Part shown: in pieces, positions 1-8,658 of the stretch | Numbering within the stretch: the first letter of the stretch is position 1 | How the letters are laid out: each line of letters opens with the position of its first letter | Assembly (NCBI GenBank): GCA_028716485.1 | Contig: JAQUPS010000001.1 | Coordinates: forward strand, 11,935-75,934 | Direction: 5' to 3' | Length of the DNA: 64,000 nt | Origin: Patescibacteria group bacterium | GTDB lineage: Bacteria > Patescibacteriota > Patescibacteriia > Patescibacteriales > WJLG01 | Translations under genes and position numbers: made by a program | Notes under the pieces: generated by a model | Databases searched by the model: none | What the model saw: only the letters and a program-made list of their open reading frames with translations | What the model was told of the DNA's origin: nothing

Positions 1-545
1 GTTTTCGGATCAACCGCTTCCTTAAAAGTAATAAAAATGGCCGTGTTCCTTGGCACCGCGGTTTGGTTCGGCGTAGGATAAACATTCTGGACGCTGCACT
101 CGCCGATGACTCCGGCTCCGCCGATTCCGCCGCCCGCTCCGCCGCCGCCTCCCCCACCTCCGCCGCCCGCGCCAGTACCGGTAGCATTCAAAATTGAGTT
201 AAGAATAAAAGTGGCAATTCCGAAAGCTGATAAAATTATGGCCAAACCAATAAGGGCGCTGATCAAAGTTTTTTTGGCGCGATCAATCTGCTCTTCATTT
301 CCCGCCGCGGTCATCCATAAAAAACCGCCATAGATAATCAATCCGATGGCGATGATGCCCAAGAAACCTAAAAATATCTGGATGATGCGGGCGATGACAA
401 TCCGCGGATCAGTCGATGATAATCCGGTGGCGGCGCCAAATCCCAAACCCAAATCGGGCGCGGCAGCCGAAACTAAATGATAAACAAAAAACACTCCGAA
501 TAAAAAAGTCAGCGCGGTTATCAATTTTTTCACGGACTTAGGCAT
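1..545 (-). CDS. Partial (3' end beyond window start) membrane protein. Signal/TM, then two hydrophobic helices (TrbC/VirB2-pilin-like N-domain), then a poly-Gly linker (TGTGAGGGGGGGGGGAGGG)
   Basis: Minus-strand reading frame open from the ATG at 543-545 to the window edge. Translation MPKSVKKLITALTFLFGVFFVYHL...IIYGGFLWMTAAGNEEQIDRAKKTLISALIGLAIILSAFGIATFIL followed by a Gly run. Not in the ORF track because it runs off the window. Confidence 0.6.
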   Translation of the reverse strand, partial: MPKSVKKLITALTFLFGVFFVYHLVSAAAPDLGLGFGAATGLSSTDPRIVIARIIQIFLGFLGIIAIGLIIYGGFLWMTAAGNEEQIDRAKKTLISALIGLAIILSAFGIATFILNSILNATGTGAGGGGGGGGGGAGGGIGGAGVIGECSVQNVYPTPNQTAVPRNTAIFITFKEAVDPK

Positions 546-578
546 TTTCGTATTTCGTATTTCGTATTTCGTATTTCG
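546..578. repeat. Heptamer array TACGAAA x4 (minus sense) running directly into the start codon of the 1..545 gene
   Basis: Minus sense TACGAAATACGAAATACGAAATACGAAAATG. Confidence 0.9.
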
Positions 579-689
579 CTCACCTCAATTTAAGGCTCAC
601 AATAACAAAAAACGCGAAACGAATCATTGACTAATCCTCAACGTTGTTATTAAATGATATTATACCACAAAATACCAAGTAAATAAAAT

Positions 690-726
690 ATACGGAATAC
701 GAGATACGAAATACCCGATACGAATT
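690..726. repeat. Heptamer array TACGGAA TACGAGA TACGAAA TACCCGA TACGAATT abutting the relA start
   Basis: + sense, ends ...GATACGAATTATG; inverted relative to the 546-578 array across a divergent spacer. Confidence 0.85.
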
Positions 727-2199
727 ATGACTATCGAGCAAATCGCGGAAAAAGTGAAAAAAAACAACCCCAAAGCCGACACGGATCTGGTCAGGCTGGC
801 TTATGATTTCGCATCCGAAGCTCACGCCGGGCAAGTGCGGAAAAACGGCGAACCCTATATCCAGCACAGCCTGCACACGGCCTTTGTTTTGGCGCAGATG
901 AAAGCCGATTTGAATACCATCATCGCCGGCTTATTGCACGACGTGCCGGAAGACACCAGCCATACTCTGGCTGATGTGGAAAAAAACTTCGGCAAGGAAA
1001 TCGCCGGCCTGGTGGAAGGCGTTACTAAGGTGGGGAAAATTCGCTACCGCGGCATCCAGCGCTACCGGGAAAATTTAAGAAAAATGTTTCTGGCTCTGGC
1101 GACGGACATTCGGATCATTATGATCAAATTCAGCGACCGCCTCCACAATCTCCGCACCCTGGCCGCCCTGCCGCAGGACAAGCAGGAACGGATTGCCAAA
1201 GAAAGCCTGGAAATTTACGTTCCCATCGCCGAACTCTTGGGCATCTGGGAATTGAAGTGGCAGATGGAAGACATCTGCTTTAAAATCCTTTTTCCGGAAG
1301 AATTCAAAAAGCTGCAATATAAATATGAAGTCGAGCGCAAAGCGGAAAACAACCAGCTGATCCAAAAAATAAAAAAAATTCTGGGCGAAGAATTAAAAGC
1401 CGCCGGCGTTGAGCATGAAATCGTCGGACGCTTCAAGCATCTTTACAGCATCTATTTGAAAATGCAGGAAAAAAATTACGCCTTTGACGAAATTCTCGAC
1501 GTCTTCGCCCTGCGGGTTCTGGTTAATCATATTTCCGACTGCTACAAAGCTCTGGGCATCATCCATTCGGTCTGGAAACCGAAAGCCGGGCGCTTCAAGG
1601 ATTATATCGCCCTGCCCAAACCGAACGGCTACCGCTCCCTGCATACCACGGTTTTCGGGCCGGAAGGAAAATCAGTGGAATTCCAGATCCGCACCGAAGA
1701 AATGAATGACGAGGCGCTTTACGGCATCGCCGCTCATTGGCATTACAAAAGAAAATTCCAGAATGAAGACCGCAAACAGCCGAAATGGGTGGAAGAAATT
1801 TTGGAAATTCAAAAACAGATCAAAGACACCAAGGATTTCATCAAAAATATCAAGCTTGATGTTTTCCAGCACCGCATTTTTGTTTTAAGCCCCAAGGGCG
1901 ACGCTTTTGAATTGCCCGAGGGTTCGACGCCGGTTGATTTCGCCTATGCCGTGCACACCGATATCGGCAATAAGACGGTCGGCGCCAAAGTCAACGAACA
2001 AATCGCCACTCTTGACCAAGAGCTGAAAAACGGCGATATGGTGGAAATAATCATTGAAAAAAATAAAAAAGGCCCGAGCAACAGCTGGGTCAGCTTCGTC
2101 AAATCCAAGCGCGCCAAGGAAAAGATCAAGCAGAATGCCAAAAAAAATTCAATCTTCGGCAAATTCATCCCCAAATTCAGCGGGAAGGAGAAAAAATAG
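727..2199 (+). CDS. relA: Bifunctional (p)ppGpp synthetase/hydrolase, RelA/SpoT family (HD + synthetase + TGS domains, no ACT)
   Basis: HD-domain motif HSLHTAFVLA...LLHDVPEDT, synthetase motif GYRSLHTTV, TGS-like VFVLSPKGDAFELPEGSTPVDFAYAVHTDIG. Confidence 0.9.
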   Translation: MTIEQIAEKVKKNNPKADTDLVRLAYDFASEAHAGQVRKNGEPYIQHSLHTAFVLAQMKADLNTIIAGLLHDVPEDTSHTLADVEKNFGKEIAGLVEGVTKVGKIRYRGIQRYRENLRKMFLALATDIRIIMIKFSDRLHNLRTLAALPQDKQERIAKESLEIYVPIAELLGIWELKWQMEDICFKILFPEEFKKLQYKYEVERKAENNQLIQKIKKILGEELKAAGVEHEIVGRFKHLYSIYLKMQEKNYAFDEILDVFALRVLVNHISDCYKALGIIHSVWKPKAGRFKDYIALPKPNGYRSLHTTVFGPEGKSVEFQIRTEEMNDEALYGIAAHWHYKRKFQNEDRKQPKWVEEILEIQKQIKDTKDFIKNIKLDVFQHRIFVLSPKGDAFELPEGSTPVDFAYAVHTDIGNKTVGAKVNEQIATLDQELKNGDMVEIIIEKNKKGPSNSWVSFVKSKRAKEKIKQNAKKNSIFGKFIPKFSGKEKK

Positions 2200-2355
2200 A
2201 TTTTGAATATTCAAAATTAAGATATTGGAAATTTGAAATTAGGTATTTTTTAAAAGGTCTTGGAAATCCAAATATCCAATTTCAAATTTCTAATTTCTAT
2301 TTTAAAAAACAAAAACACGGTCTTCCAAATAATGGCCGTGTTTTATAATCTACAT

Positions 2356-2595
2356 CTATCGCCGATACGACGTTTCTTCCTCGGGCAATTTGCCGATCTT
2401 GCGCAGATAATTTTTCTGTTTCCGCAGTTCCAAACTTTTCAGAGCGTATTCTTTCTGCTTGCGGCGGCTTTTTTTAGGCAGCAAAGACCGCTTGGCGCGG
2501 GCGATATTCAAAGTTTTCGAATTGCGCAAGCCCTTGTTGAAGCGGCGCAAGAAACTTTCAAAACTTTCTCCTTTTTTTCTTTTAAATTCGGTCAT
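2356..2595 (-). CDS. rpsU: 30S ribosomal protein S21
   Basis: 79-aa basic protein; ESFESFLRRFNKGLRNSKTLNIARAKRSLLPKKSRRKQK matches the S21 pattern. The overlapping + ORF 2260..2607 is antisense. Confidence 0.8.
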   Translation of the reverse strand: MTEFKRKKGESFESFLRRFNKGLRNSKTLNIARAKRSLLPKKSRRKQKEYALKSLELRKQKNYLRKIGKLPEEETSYRR

Positions 2596-2702
2596 ATATT
2601 AGTATGAAGTATTTGATATTAAGTATTTGGTATATTACTTTAAATTTTAAAAAATTGCAACAGGGCGCGCATGACGCGTAACGGTTCAGAAAAATATTTA
2701 CG

Positions 2703-4073
2703 CTACACGGCGTTGATCCTCTTCTCGACTTCGGTTTTTACTTTTTTATAATCGATCACCTCCTGATTGCCCGATTCCATATCGCGAATCAAAATGGTCT
2801 TGTCGTTCATTTCCTTCTGGCCCAGAATCAAAGTCAGTTTGGCGCCCAAGGCGTTCGCTTCTTCCAGCTGATCCTTCAAGCTGTCGCGGGTGAAGGCCTG
2901 CTTGACTTTCAGCCCGGATTTGCGCAATTCTTCGAACAACAGCATAGCCTTGCGCCGAGCCGCATCGCCCAGTTGCGCGAGAAAAATAATATTCTTATCA
3001 TCTTTTTCCAAAGGAACTCCGCTGGTTTTTATTTTCGCCACTGTCCGCTCGATGCCGAGCGCCAAGCCGCAAGTCGGAGTTGGCCGGCCGCCGAAAAATT
3101 CCACCAAAGTATCATATCGTCCGCCGCCGCCCAAAGACAATTGGCCGCCTTGATTCTTTTCCGGATCTTCCTTGGCGGTGATTTCAAAGACCGTGCCGGT
3201 GTAATAATCCAAACCGCGCACCAGATTCAGATTCAAATTATAAGGAATATTCATTTCATCAAGATATTCCAAGACGCGGGTGAATTTCTTTTTGCAATCC
3301 TCGCAGAGGAAATCAACGATCGGCGGCGCGCCTTCTTTGAGAGAAATGCAATTCGCTTCTTTGCAATCCAAAAGCCGCAGAGGATTTTTATCCAATCTTC
3401 TCTTGCAATCATTGCAAAGCCGGGCGCGGTTGCCTCTTTCTTTATAATACCCGGTCAATTTTTTGATATATTCGCCGCGGCATTGTTTGCAGCCGATATT
3501 ATTCACCTGCAATTCAATATCAATTTGCAGCTCGCTGAAAATATTATAGGCGATGAGCATCAAGAGGAAATCGGCCACCGGGCTGGCTTCGCCGAAAATT
3601 TCCATATCAAATTGGTGCGACTGGCGATAACGGCCGGCTTGCGGTTTTTCATGGCGGAAAATCGGCCCGACCGAATACATCTTCACCGGATGCGGCATAT
3701 TCAGCATGCCGTTTTCAATATAAGCTCTCACCAGGCTCGGCGTGATTTCCGGCCGTAAAGCGATTTTTTCGCCATTCTTATCGACAAAAGCGTACATTTC
3801 TTTAGAAACGATATCACTACTTTCGCCGGTGGATTTACGGTAGAGTTCGAGCGGCTCCAAAATCGGCGTCTGGATTTTTTTAAAACCGTAAACCTCGGCC
3901 AAATCGGAAGCCTTCTTGATCACCAAATCCCAATATTTATTTTCCTCAAAAATAACATCCTTCATCCCCCGCAGGCGGACGAGTTTTTCCGAAAGGCCTT
4001 TCTGCTTCAATTCTTCTTTGTGAAAAAAGTCTCGGCGCTGATTATTATTTCCGCTATTTTTATGGCGAGGCAT
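2703..4073 (-). CDS. hisS: Histidine--tRNA ligase (class II aaRS) with an 8-Cys insertion
   Basis: HisRS motifs LRGMKD, YGFKKIQTPILE, LRPEITPSLVRAY, GRYRQSHQFDMEIFG; extra segment with CKQC...CNDC...CKEANC...CEDC. Confidence 0.9.
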   Translation of the reverse strand: MPRHKNSGNNNQRRDFFHKEELKQKGLSEKLVRLRGMKDVIFEENKYWDLVIKKASDLAEVYGFKKIQTPILEPLELYRKSTGESSDIVSKEMYAFVDKNGEKIALRPEITPSLVRAYIENGMLNMPHPVKMYSVGPIFRHEKPQAGRYRQSHQFDMEIFGEASPVADFLLMLIAYNIFSELQIDIELQVNNIGCKQCRGEYIKKLTGYYKERGNRARLCNDCKRRLDKNPLRLLDCKEANCISLKEGAPPIVDFLCEDCKKKFTRVLEYLDEMNIPYNLNLNLVRGLDYYTGTVFEITAKEDPEKNQGGQLSLGGGGRYDTLVEFFGGRPTPTCGLALGIERTVAKIKTSGVPLEKDDKNIIFLAQLGDAARRKAMLLFEELRKSGLKVKQAFTRDSLKDQLEEANALGAKLTLILGQKEMNDKTILIRDMESGNQEVIDYKKVKTEVEKRINAV

Positions 4074-4076
4074 ATC

Positions 4077-4108
4077 TTTTCGTATCTCGTATCTCGTATT
4101 TCGTATAC
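4077..4108. repeat. Heptamer array TACGAAA TACGAGA TACGAGA TACGAAAA 5 nt upstream of the hisS start
   Basis: Minus sense ...TATACGAAATACGAGATACGAGATACGAAAAGATATG. Confidence 0.85.
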
Positions 4109-4264
4109 TGCGAATAATACGATTGAAAATAAAAAATTATAATTTGAAAATTATTATGATGACTAACTTATAAAATGTTTTTCCGCATTATCTCGCTTTA
4201 AGCGGCATATTCGCACCCTCCCTTATCTAAAAATATACGAAATACCAAATACAATATACGAATC

Positions 4265-4849
4265 TTAATATTGATAACTCGGCGTCTGAAAAACGGTTAT
4301 TTTGTTCAACGGCCAGCCGCGGAACATGACGCGGCCGATGATAAAGCTGCGATCAACCGGCCCGAAACTGCGGGAATCCTTGGATGAATTGCGATTATCG
4401 CCCATAACATAAAATTCATTCGGCCCGAGCTTAACTGACTCCGTCCCGGTATTGGCGAAAGTTTTCAAATCTGCCGGCAGATAAGTCTCCTCAAGCGCGA
4501 CTCCGTCTTTAAATTCCTGGTTATAGACAAAAACTTGTCCGTCTTTCACTTCAACTTTTTCGCCAGGCAAGCCGATTACCCGCTTGATAAAATATTCCTG
4601 CGGATCCTTGGGATAGCGGAAGACGATAACATCGCCGCGGGCCGGGTTATGGAAACGGAAGCTCAATTCATCGATTATCAAATATTGGTGATCTTCGAAA
4701 TTAGGCTCCATTGAAGCGCCCTTGACGTAAAAGGGCTGGATGAGGAAATACCTGACCGGAATAATTATTACCAGCGAAATCACCACCACTTTAACCAACT
4801 CCCAGGTAAACGCAAGAATTTTTTTAAGCATTGTTCTATAAAATAACAA
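4265..4849 (-). CDS. lepB: Signal peptidase I
   Basis: N-terminal TM; catalytic GASMEPNF (Ser), GDVIVF, IKRVIGLPGE (Lys), GDNRNSSKDSR box. Confidence 0.9.
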   Translation of the reverse strand: MLFYRTMLKKILAFTWELVKVVVISLVIIIPVRYFLIQPFYVKGASMEPNFEDHQYLIIDELSFRFHNPARGDVIVFRYPKDPQEYFIKRVIGLPGEKVEVKDGQVFVYNQEFKDGVALEETYLPADLKTFANTGTESVKLGPNEFYVMGDNRNSSKDSRSFGPVDRSFIIGRVMFRGWPLNKITVFQTPSYQY

Positions 4850-5004
4850 TCCCTCCTTGTTATTGGGGGAAGTCTTAATGATTAGTTAAACTTATATCCA
4901 ATATAACATTAAAAAATGTGACAGTCAACTATCGGAAGTCAGATGTCAGATATCAGAAGTCGGATATCTTATTTCCAACATCCGACATCAGATATCTGAA
5001 ATCC

Positions 5005-5024
5005 CTGCCTGCCGGCAGGCAGGC
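5005..5024. repeat. 20-bp perfect GC palindrome CCTGCCTGCCGGCAGGCAGG (copy 1 of 4)
   Basis: Exact string. Embedded in a hairpin-rich spacer (4915-5070) that also holds a terminator-like AAACCGGCC...GGCCGGTTTTTGTTTT. Confidence 0.9.
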
Positions 5025-5331
5025 GATATCCGACACAAAACCGGCCCCCCAAAAGAAGGCCGGTTTTTGTTTTCCCGAATGAAGTCGACTCGTCTAAATT
5101 AGTCTACATCATCCTGTGGATAATTATAGCAAACAAAATAATCATGGTCAATAGTTTTTAAATTAGTCATATAAATAAAAATGGCATTTTCGATTTCAAG
5201 CTGCGGAAATTTGAGATTGGAAATTAGAGATTTGGTTTATTTAAATACTAATCTCTAATTTCAAATCTCCAATCTCCCAACAAAAAAGAACCCTGGCGGG
5301 CTCTTTTTTTATCCTGAAATATTCAATAGCT

Positions 5332-6504
5332 TTATTTCTTGACCTGATATTTGTCCCCGGCCTTTTCAAAAATGTCTTTATTCATTAAGGCCAGGTTGAT
5401 AGTGGTGTTCTTAACCATCCGGTTTTCCAAAACTTTTTTGATGATTTCGTCTTTGGTCAGCGGGCCGTTTTCGGTTAAGATATCGCGAATGACATCCTGG
5501 ACGATCCCTTCCTTATAACCCCATTCCTTGAGACCGTAAATTCCGCGGCCGATCAAAACGTATTTGGGATCCAAGATCAATTCGTTATGGACAGTCGCCG
5601 GATTGGCGGTCTTGTGATCAAAACTCACTTCATTGATTTTTTTGGCAATGTCCACGAAATGGATCGGTTTGCCTTCATTCTTCAAAACCAGATAAATCTT
5701 ATGGTTGATGGTCTTGGGAGAAATTTCTTCCCAATTATAAATACCCCAGAAACCGAATTTATTCTGCTCGACTTCGCGGGCGGCGATCAACAGCGAATAT
5801 AAAACTTTATTATTTTGGATCAATTCCGAATTCTCATCGAACAAGCAATTATTCCAGTAGCTGGAAACATTGATTTCCGAGGGAACGGCCAATTTTTCCT
5901 GGTGCTTGCCGTAGGCGTCAGTTTTGGTCAGCATATCGATTGCTTGCTCGGTTTTGACGACTTCTTTCAAATTCGTGATGCCGGCAATCAATTCCTTAGC
6001 CAATTCTTCCAAATGATCGAGAGATTCAGCCTTTATCTTATAAGAAGTTTTGAAAACATCGGAATCTTTCACCTCTTCGAATTCATCTTGCAATAAGCGG
6101 GAAAGCATAAAATCGTATTGATTCTTCTCCACATCGTAATCGTCGCTGCAATAATCGACCGGGGAAAAAGTATTCAAAAGATGGAAAAGATATTCCTTTT
6201 CCGCCAGGCCGCCATGCTCCACCAAAAGCTGGCTGGTCTTGCCTCTTAAATCAGCCAATTCTTCTTTGAGTTCCTTAACTTCGCGCAATTTCTTGATGGT
6301 CGCATTCTCGATCTGGCGAATTCTTTCGCGAGTCAGATTATGCAGACCGCCGACAGCTTCCAGCGTTTCCTTTTCGCTGTCTTTCAAACCGAAACGGCGG
6401 GTAATGATATCCCGTTCTTTTTTGGAAAGCCTGCCTAAAAGGCTTTTCACAATTTCGTTGCTGTTTAATTTTGTGCTGTTATCAATCGCCATATTGAGGA
6501 ACAA
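5332..6504 (-). CDS. Protein with an N-terminal sigma-70 region 4-like HTH, followed by a ~300-aa domain of unknown function
   Basis: LSKKERDIITRRFGL...TLEAVGGLHNLTRERIRQIENATIKKLR is a textbook sigma-70 region 4.2 signature, but at the N-terminus. No region 2 is recognisable. Confidence 0.6.
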   Translation of the reverse strand: MFLNMAIDNSTKLNSNEIVKSLLGRLSKKERDIITRRFGLKDSEKETLEAVGGLHNLTRERIRQIENATIKKLREVKELKEELADLRGKTSQLLVEHGGLAEKEYLFHLLNTFSPVDYCSDDYDVEKNQYDFMLSRLLQDEFEEVKDSDVFKTSYKIKAESLDHLEELAKELIAGITNLKEVVKTEQAIDMLTKTDAYGKHQEKLAVPSEINVSSYWNNCLFDENSELIQNNKVLYSLLIAAREVEQNKFGFWGIYNWEEISPKTINHKIYLVLKNEGKPIHFVDIAKKINEVSFDHKTANPATVHNELILDPKYVLIGRGIYGLKEWGYKEGIVQDVIRDILTENGPLTKDEIIKKVLENRMVKNTTINLALMNKDIFEKAGDKYQVKK

Positions 6505-6562
6505 GAGCTTGGGGTTCTTGTCTTGATATATGATTTATTTATAATAAAATATTTGAGTTAAA

Positions 6563-6591
6563 ATAATATCATTAATAATAAAATTAGTCAA
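6563..6591 (-). promoter_or_regulatory. Sigma-70-like promoter for the 5332..6504 gene (-35 TTGACT at 6586-6591, 17-bp spacer, -10 TATTAT at 6563-6568)
   Basis: Read on the minus strand: TTGACTaattttattattaatgaTATTAT, about 55 nt upstream of the ATG. Confidence 0.45.
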
Positions 6592-6723
6592 GAGCAACAA
6601 TATTTGTATCCTACCAGCTTATTGTAAAGATGTAAAGGGATGGCGTTGAATTAAGTAAAAAAATAGCTAACATTAAAACAAAATTAGCTATAAAGTTTCG
6701 CTATTATTTATCGCTAAAAAACC

Positions 6724-7209
6724 TTAACGGCTTTTCAAATCATTTATAGCGCTAATGGCGATGGCCAGCGCATCAGCGGCATCGTCCGGCTTGGGTATTT
6801 CTTTCAAGTTCAAAAGCAGTTTGACCATTTTCTGCACTTGCGCCTTTTCCGCCCGGCCATAGCCGGAAATCGTCTGCTTGACCTGCAAAGGAGTGAGTTC
6901 GACAATCGGCACTTTATTTTTCCGGCAAGCCAGAAGAATGACGCCGCGAGCCTGGCCGACAATGATCGCTGTCTTGGCATTATTTTGAAAAAACAATTCT
7001 TCCACGGCGGCGAGCGCCGGCCGGTATTTTTTGATTATTTTTTCCAATTCATCGTTGAGCGTTTCCAGCCTGGATGCCATCGGCATTCCGGCCTTGGTCT
7101 TTATCGAACCGTAAGAGACGCAGGAAATTTTTCCGCCCGCGCCTTTTTCTATAACGCCAAAGCCGGTGTCAGCGATGCCGGGGTCGATGCCAAGTATCAT
7201 TTTAGACAT
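6724..7209 (-). CDS. ruvC: Crossover junction endodeoxyribonuclease RuvC
   Basis: ILGIDPGIADTGFGVIE, catalytic-acid pattern, C-terminal DDAADALAIAIS. Confidence 0.9.
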   Translation of the reverse strand: MSKMILGIDPGIADTGFGVIEKGAGGKISCVSYGSIKTKAGMPMASRLETLNDELEKIIKKYRPALAAVEELFFQNNAKTAIIVGQARGVILLACRKNKVPIVELTPLQVKQTISGYGRAEKAQVQKMVKLLLNLKEIPKPDDAADALAIAISAINDLKSR

Positions 7210-7378
7210 AAAATAAAATATCCAATAACCAATATCAAATATCCAAACAATATTTAAATATCAAAATATTGCTTTAAATATTGGTTATTTGATATTGGGT
7301 ATTTATCTGCTATTGCAATTTATAGATTATTATGTTATAGTATTTTTTAACAAAAATCCTCACCGAAGGAGCTAAAAA

Positions 7379-7618
7379 ATGAAGACGCTCTTTATTTCAA
7401 TCTTAGCCGTAATTTTTTTGGCCGGATGCAATAGCCAGGTTGACAATCCCGCGCCGCCTGCTGAGCCGACTTATACCGACACTTTGGCGATGCTCGACAC
7501 CGCCTATGTTGATCCGATTTCGGGAAAAATCAAACCGCCCTGCTCGCTTAGTCCGGCTTACTGCGATTGCCTGGTACATCGGGGCGCGGCGAGAGACAGG
7601 ATTCCAGATTGCCATTAG
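7379..7618 (+). CDS. Small lipoprotein (signal peptide with LAGC lipobox)
   Basis: MKTLFISILAVIFLAGC...; SD GGAG 8 nt upstream; followed by a clean terminator. Confidence 0.6.
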   Translation: MKTLFISILAVIFLAGCNSQVDNPAPPAEPTYTDTLAMLDTAYVDPISGKIKPPCSLSPAYCDCLVHRGAARDRIPDCH

Positions 7619-7621
7619 CAA

Positions 7622-7651
7622 AAGCCCTCGACAAAAGAGGGCTTTTTTTTA
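7622..7651 (+). terminator. Rho-independent terminator (AGCCCTC-gacaaaa-GAGGGCT + T8), possibly bidirectional
   Basis: Perfect 7-bp stem followed by TTTTTTTT. Sits between the convergent lipoprotein and yebC genes. Confidence 0.8.
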
Positions 7652-8368
7652 TTTCAAGTTGGAATAATGATCCGAGATATCTTCATTCTCATCCATGGCG
7701 GAAATTAATTTTTCGATTTTTTCCGCCGCTTCGCCGGAAACTTCGATCGTATCTTTGGCCACATATTCGATTTCCGCCGATTCGGTGGCAATACCCTTGC
7801 CTTCCAGATAGCTTTTAACTTTCTGCAAATTTGTCCCGGAAGTATAAATAGTCAGACCTTCCTCTTCCTTTTTAATATCATCGGCGCCGGCATCGATTAA
7901 TTCCAGCTGGCCTTCGTCGCTCGCTATCCCTTTCGCTTCCGCAACAGCGGCCGCCACGCGGATGACGCCCTTTAATTCGAAATTCCAGAGCACCGCGCCC
8001 ATCGCGCCGCCGTGCTCGGCCAGCAAATGGCGGATTTCCGCGGCCGTGCGATTTTTATTATCAGTCAAAATCTTGATGACGAATTGCGAATTGGCCGGGC
8101 CGACCGCCTCGTAAACCAATTCTTCGATGGTCGCGCCGGCCAGTTCGCCGGTGCCGCGCTTGATCGCCCTTTCAATATTATCTTTCGGCATATTCACCCC
8201 TCGGGCGCGGTCGACGGCGATGCGCAAAGCGAAATTTGTCGTCGGATCGCCGCCTTTTCTGGCCGCAATCGTTATCACATTGGCGATTTTAGTAAAAGCC
8301 GCGCCGCGTTTGGCGTCATTGGCTTCTTTTTGGCGATGAGTGGTCGCCCACTTGGAATGTCCGGACAT
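7649..8368 (-). CDS. yebC: YebC/PmpR-family DNA-binding regulatory protein
   Basis: MSGHSKWATTHRQKEANDAKRG...NMPKDNIERAIKRG. The ORF-track extension to 8407 translates the upstream heptamer array; the start is more likely at MSGHSKW. Confidence 0.85.
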   Translation of the reverse strand: MSGHSKWATTHRQKEANDAKRGAAFTKIANVITIAARKGGDPTTNFALRIAVDRARGVNMPKDNIERAIKRGTGELAGATIEELVYEAVGPANSQFVIKILTDNKNRTAAEIRHLLAEHGGAMGAVLWNFELKGVIRVAAAVAEAKGIASDEGQLELIDAGADDIKKEEEGLTIYTSGTNLQKVKSYLEGKGIATESAEIEYVAKDTIEVSGEAAEKIEKLISAMDENEDISDHYSNLK

Positions 8369-8490
8369 ATTGGAGATTAGAAATTTGAGATTTGAAAAAA
8401 ATGACAAAAATAAATTTCTGGTTAATAGCTTTTAACCAACTTTAACACGCCAAAAAGTAAAAATCAACCCCGCGATTAGTTGAATTTTTA

Positions 8491-8559
8491 GCTCAGGGCT
8501 TTGGGCGCAAGGCTTAAGGCTTTTGGTTTGACCCTAACCCAAAGCCCTGCGCTCAGAGC
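8491..8559. repeat. ~70-bp GC-rich imperfect palindromic element (copy A) in the 3' flank of the beta-helix gene
   Basis: gctcagggctttgggcgcaaggcttaaggc...ccctaacccaaagccctgcgctcagagc; shares the core GGGCTTTGGGCGCAAGG / CCCAAAGCCCTGCGC with copy B. Confidence 0.7.
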
Positions 8560-8658
8560 CAAAATACAACAACAAAATCGCCCCTATTCAAAGCTGTCAC
8601 GTTCGCTTGTCAGCCTGACTTTAAAAATCTAATTTTCTAATTACCTAATTTTAATATC

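Noticed and set aside
106-333. + strand ORF encoding a poly-Pro/Ala protein (MTPAPPIPPPAPPPPPPPPPP...)
   Set aside because: It is the antisense translation of the poly-Gly linker of the minus-strand membrane protein (1..545). That gene has a proper start at 543-545 with a heptamer leader, whereas the + ORF has none.
2260-2607. 115-aa + strand ORF overlapping rpsU
   Set aside because: Antisense to a clear S21 homolog; no motif; starts inside a heptamer array.
8012-8380. + strand ORFs inside yebC (8012..8380, 8127..8339)
   Set aside because: Antisense to a strongly conserved YebC homolog; GC-skewed antisense frames commonly stay open.
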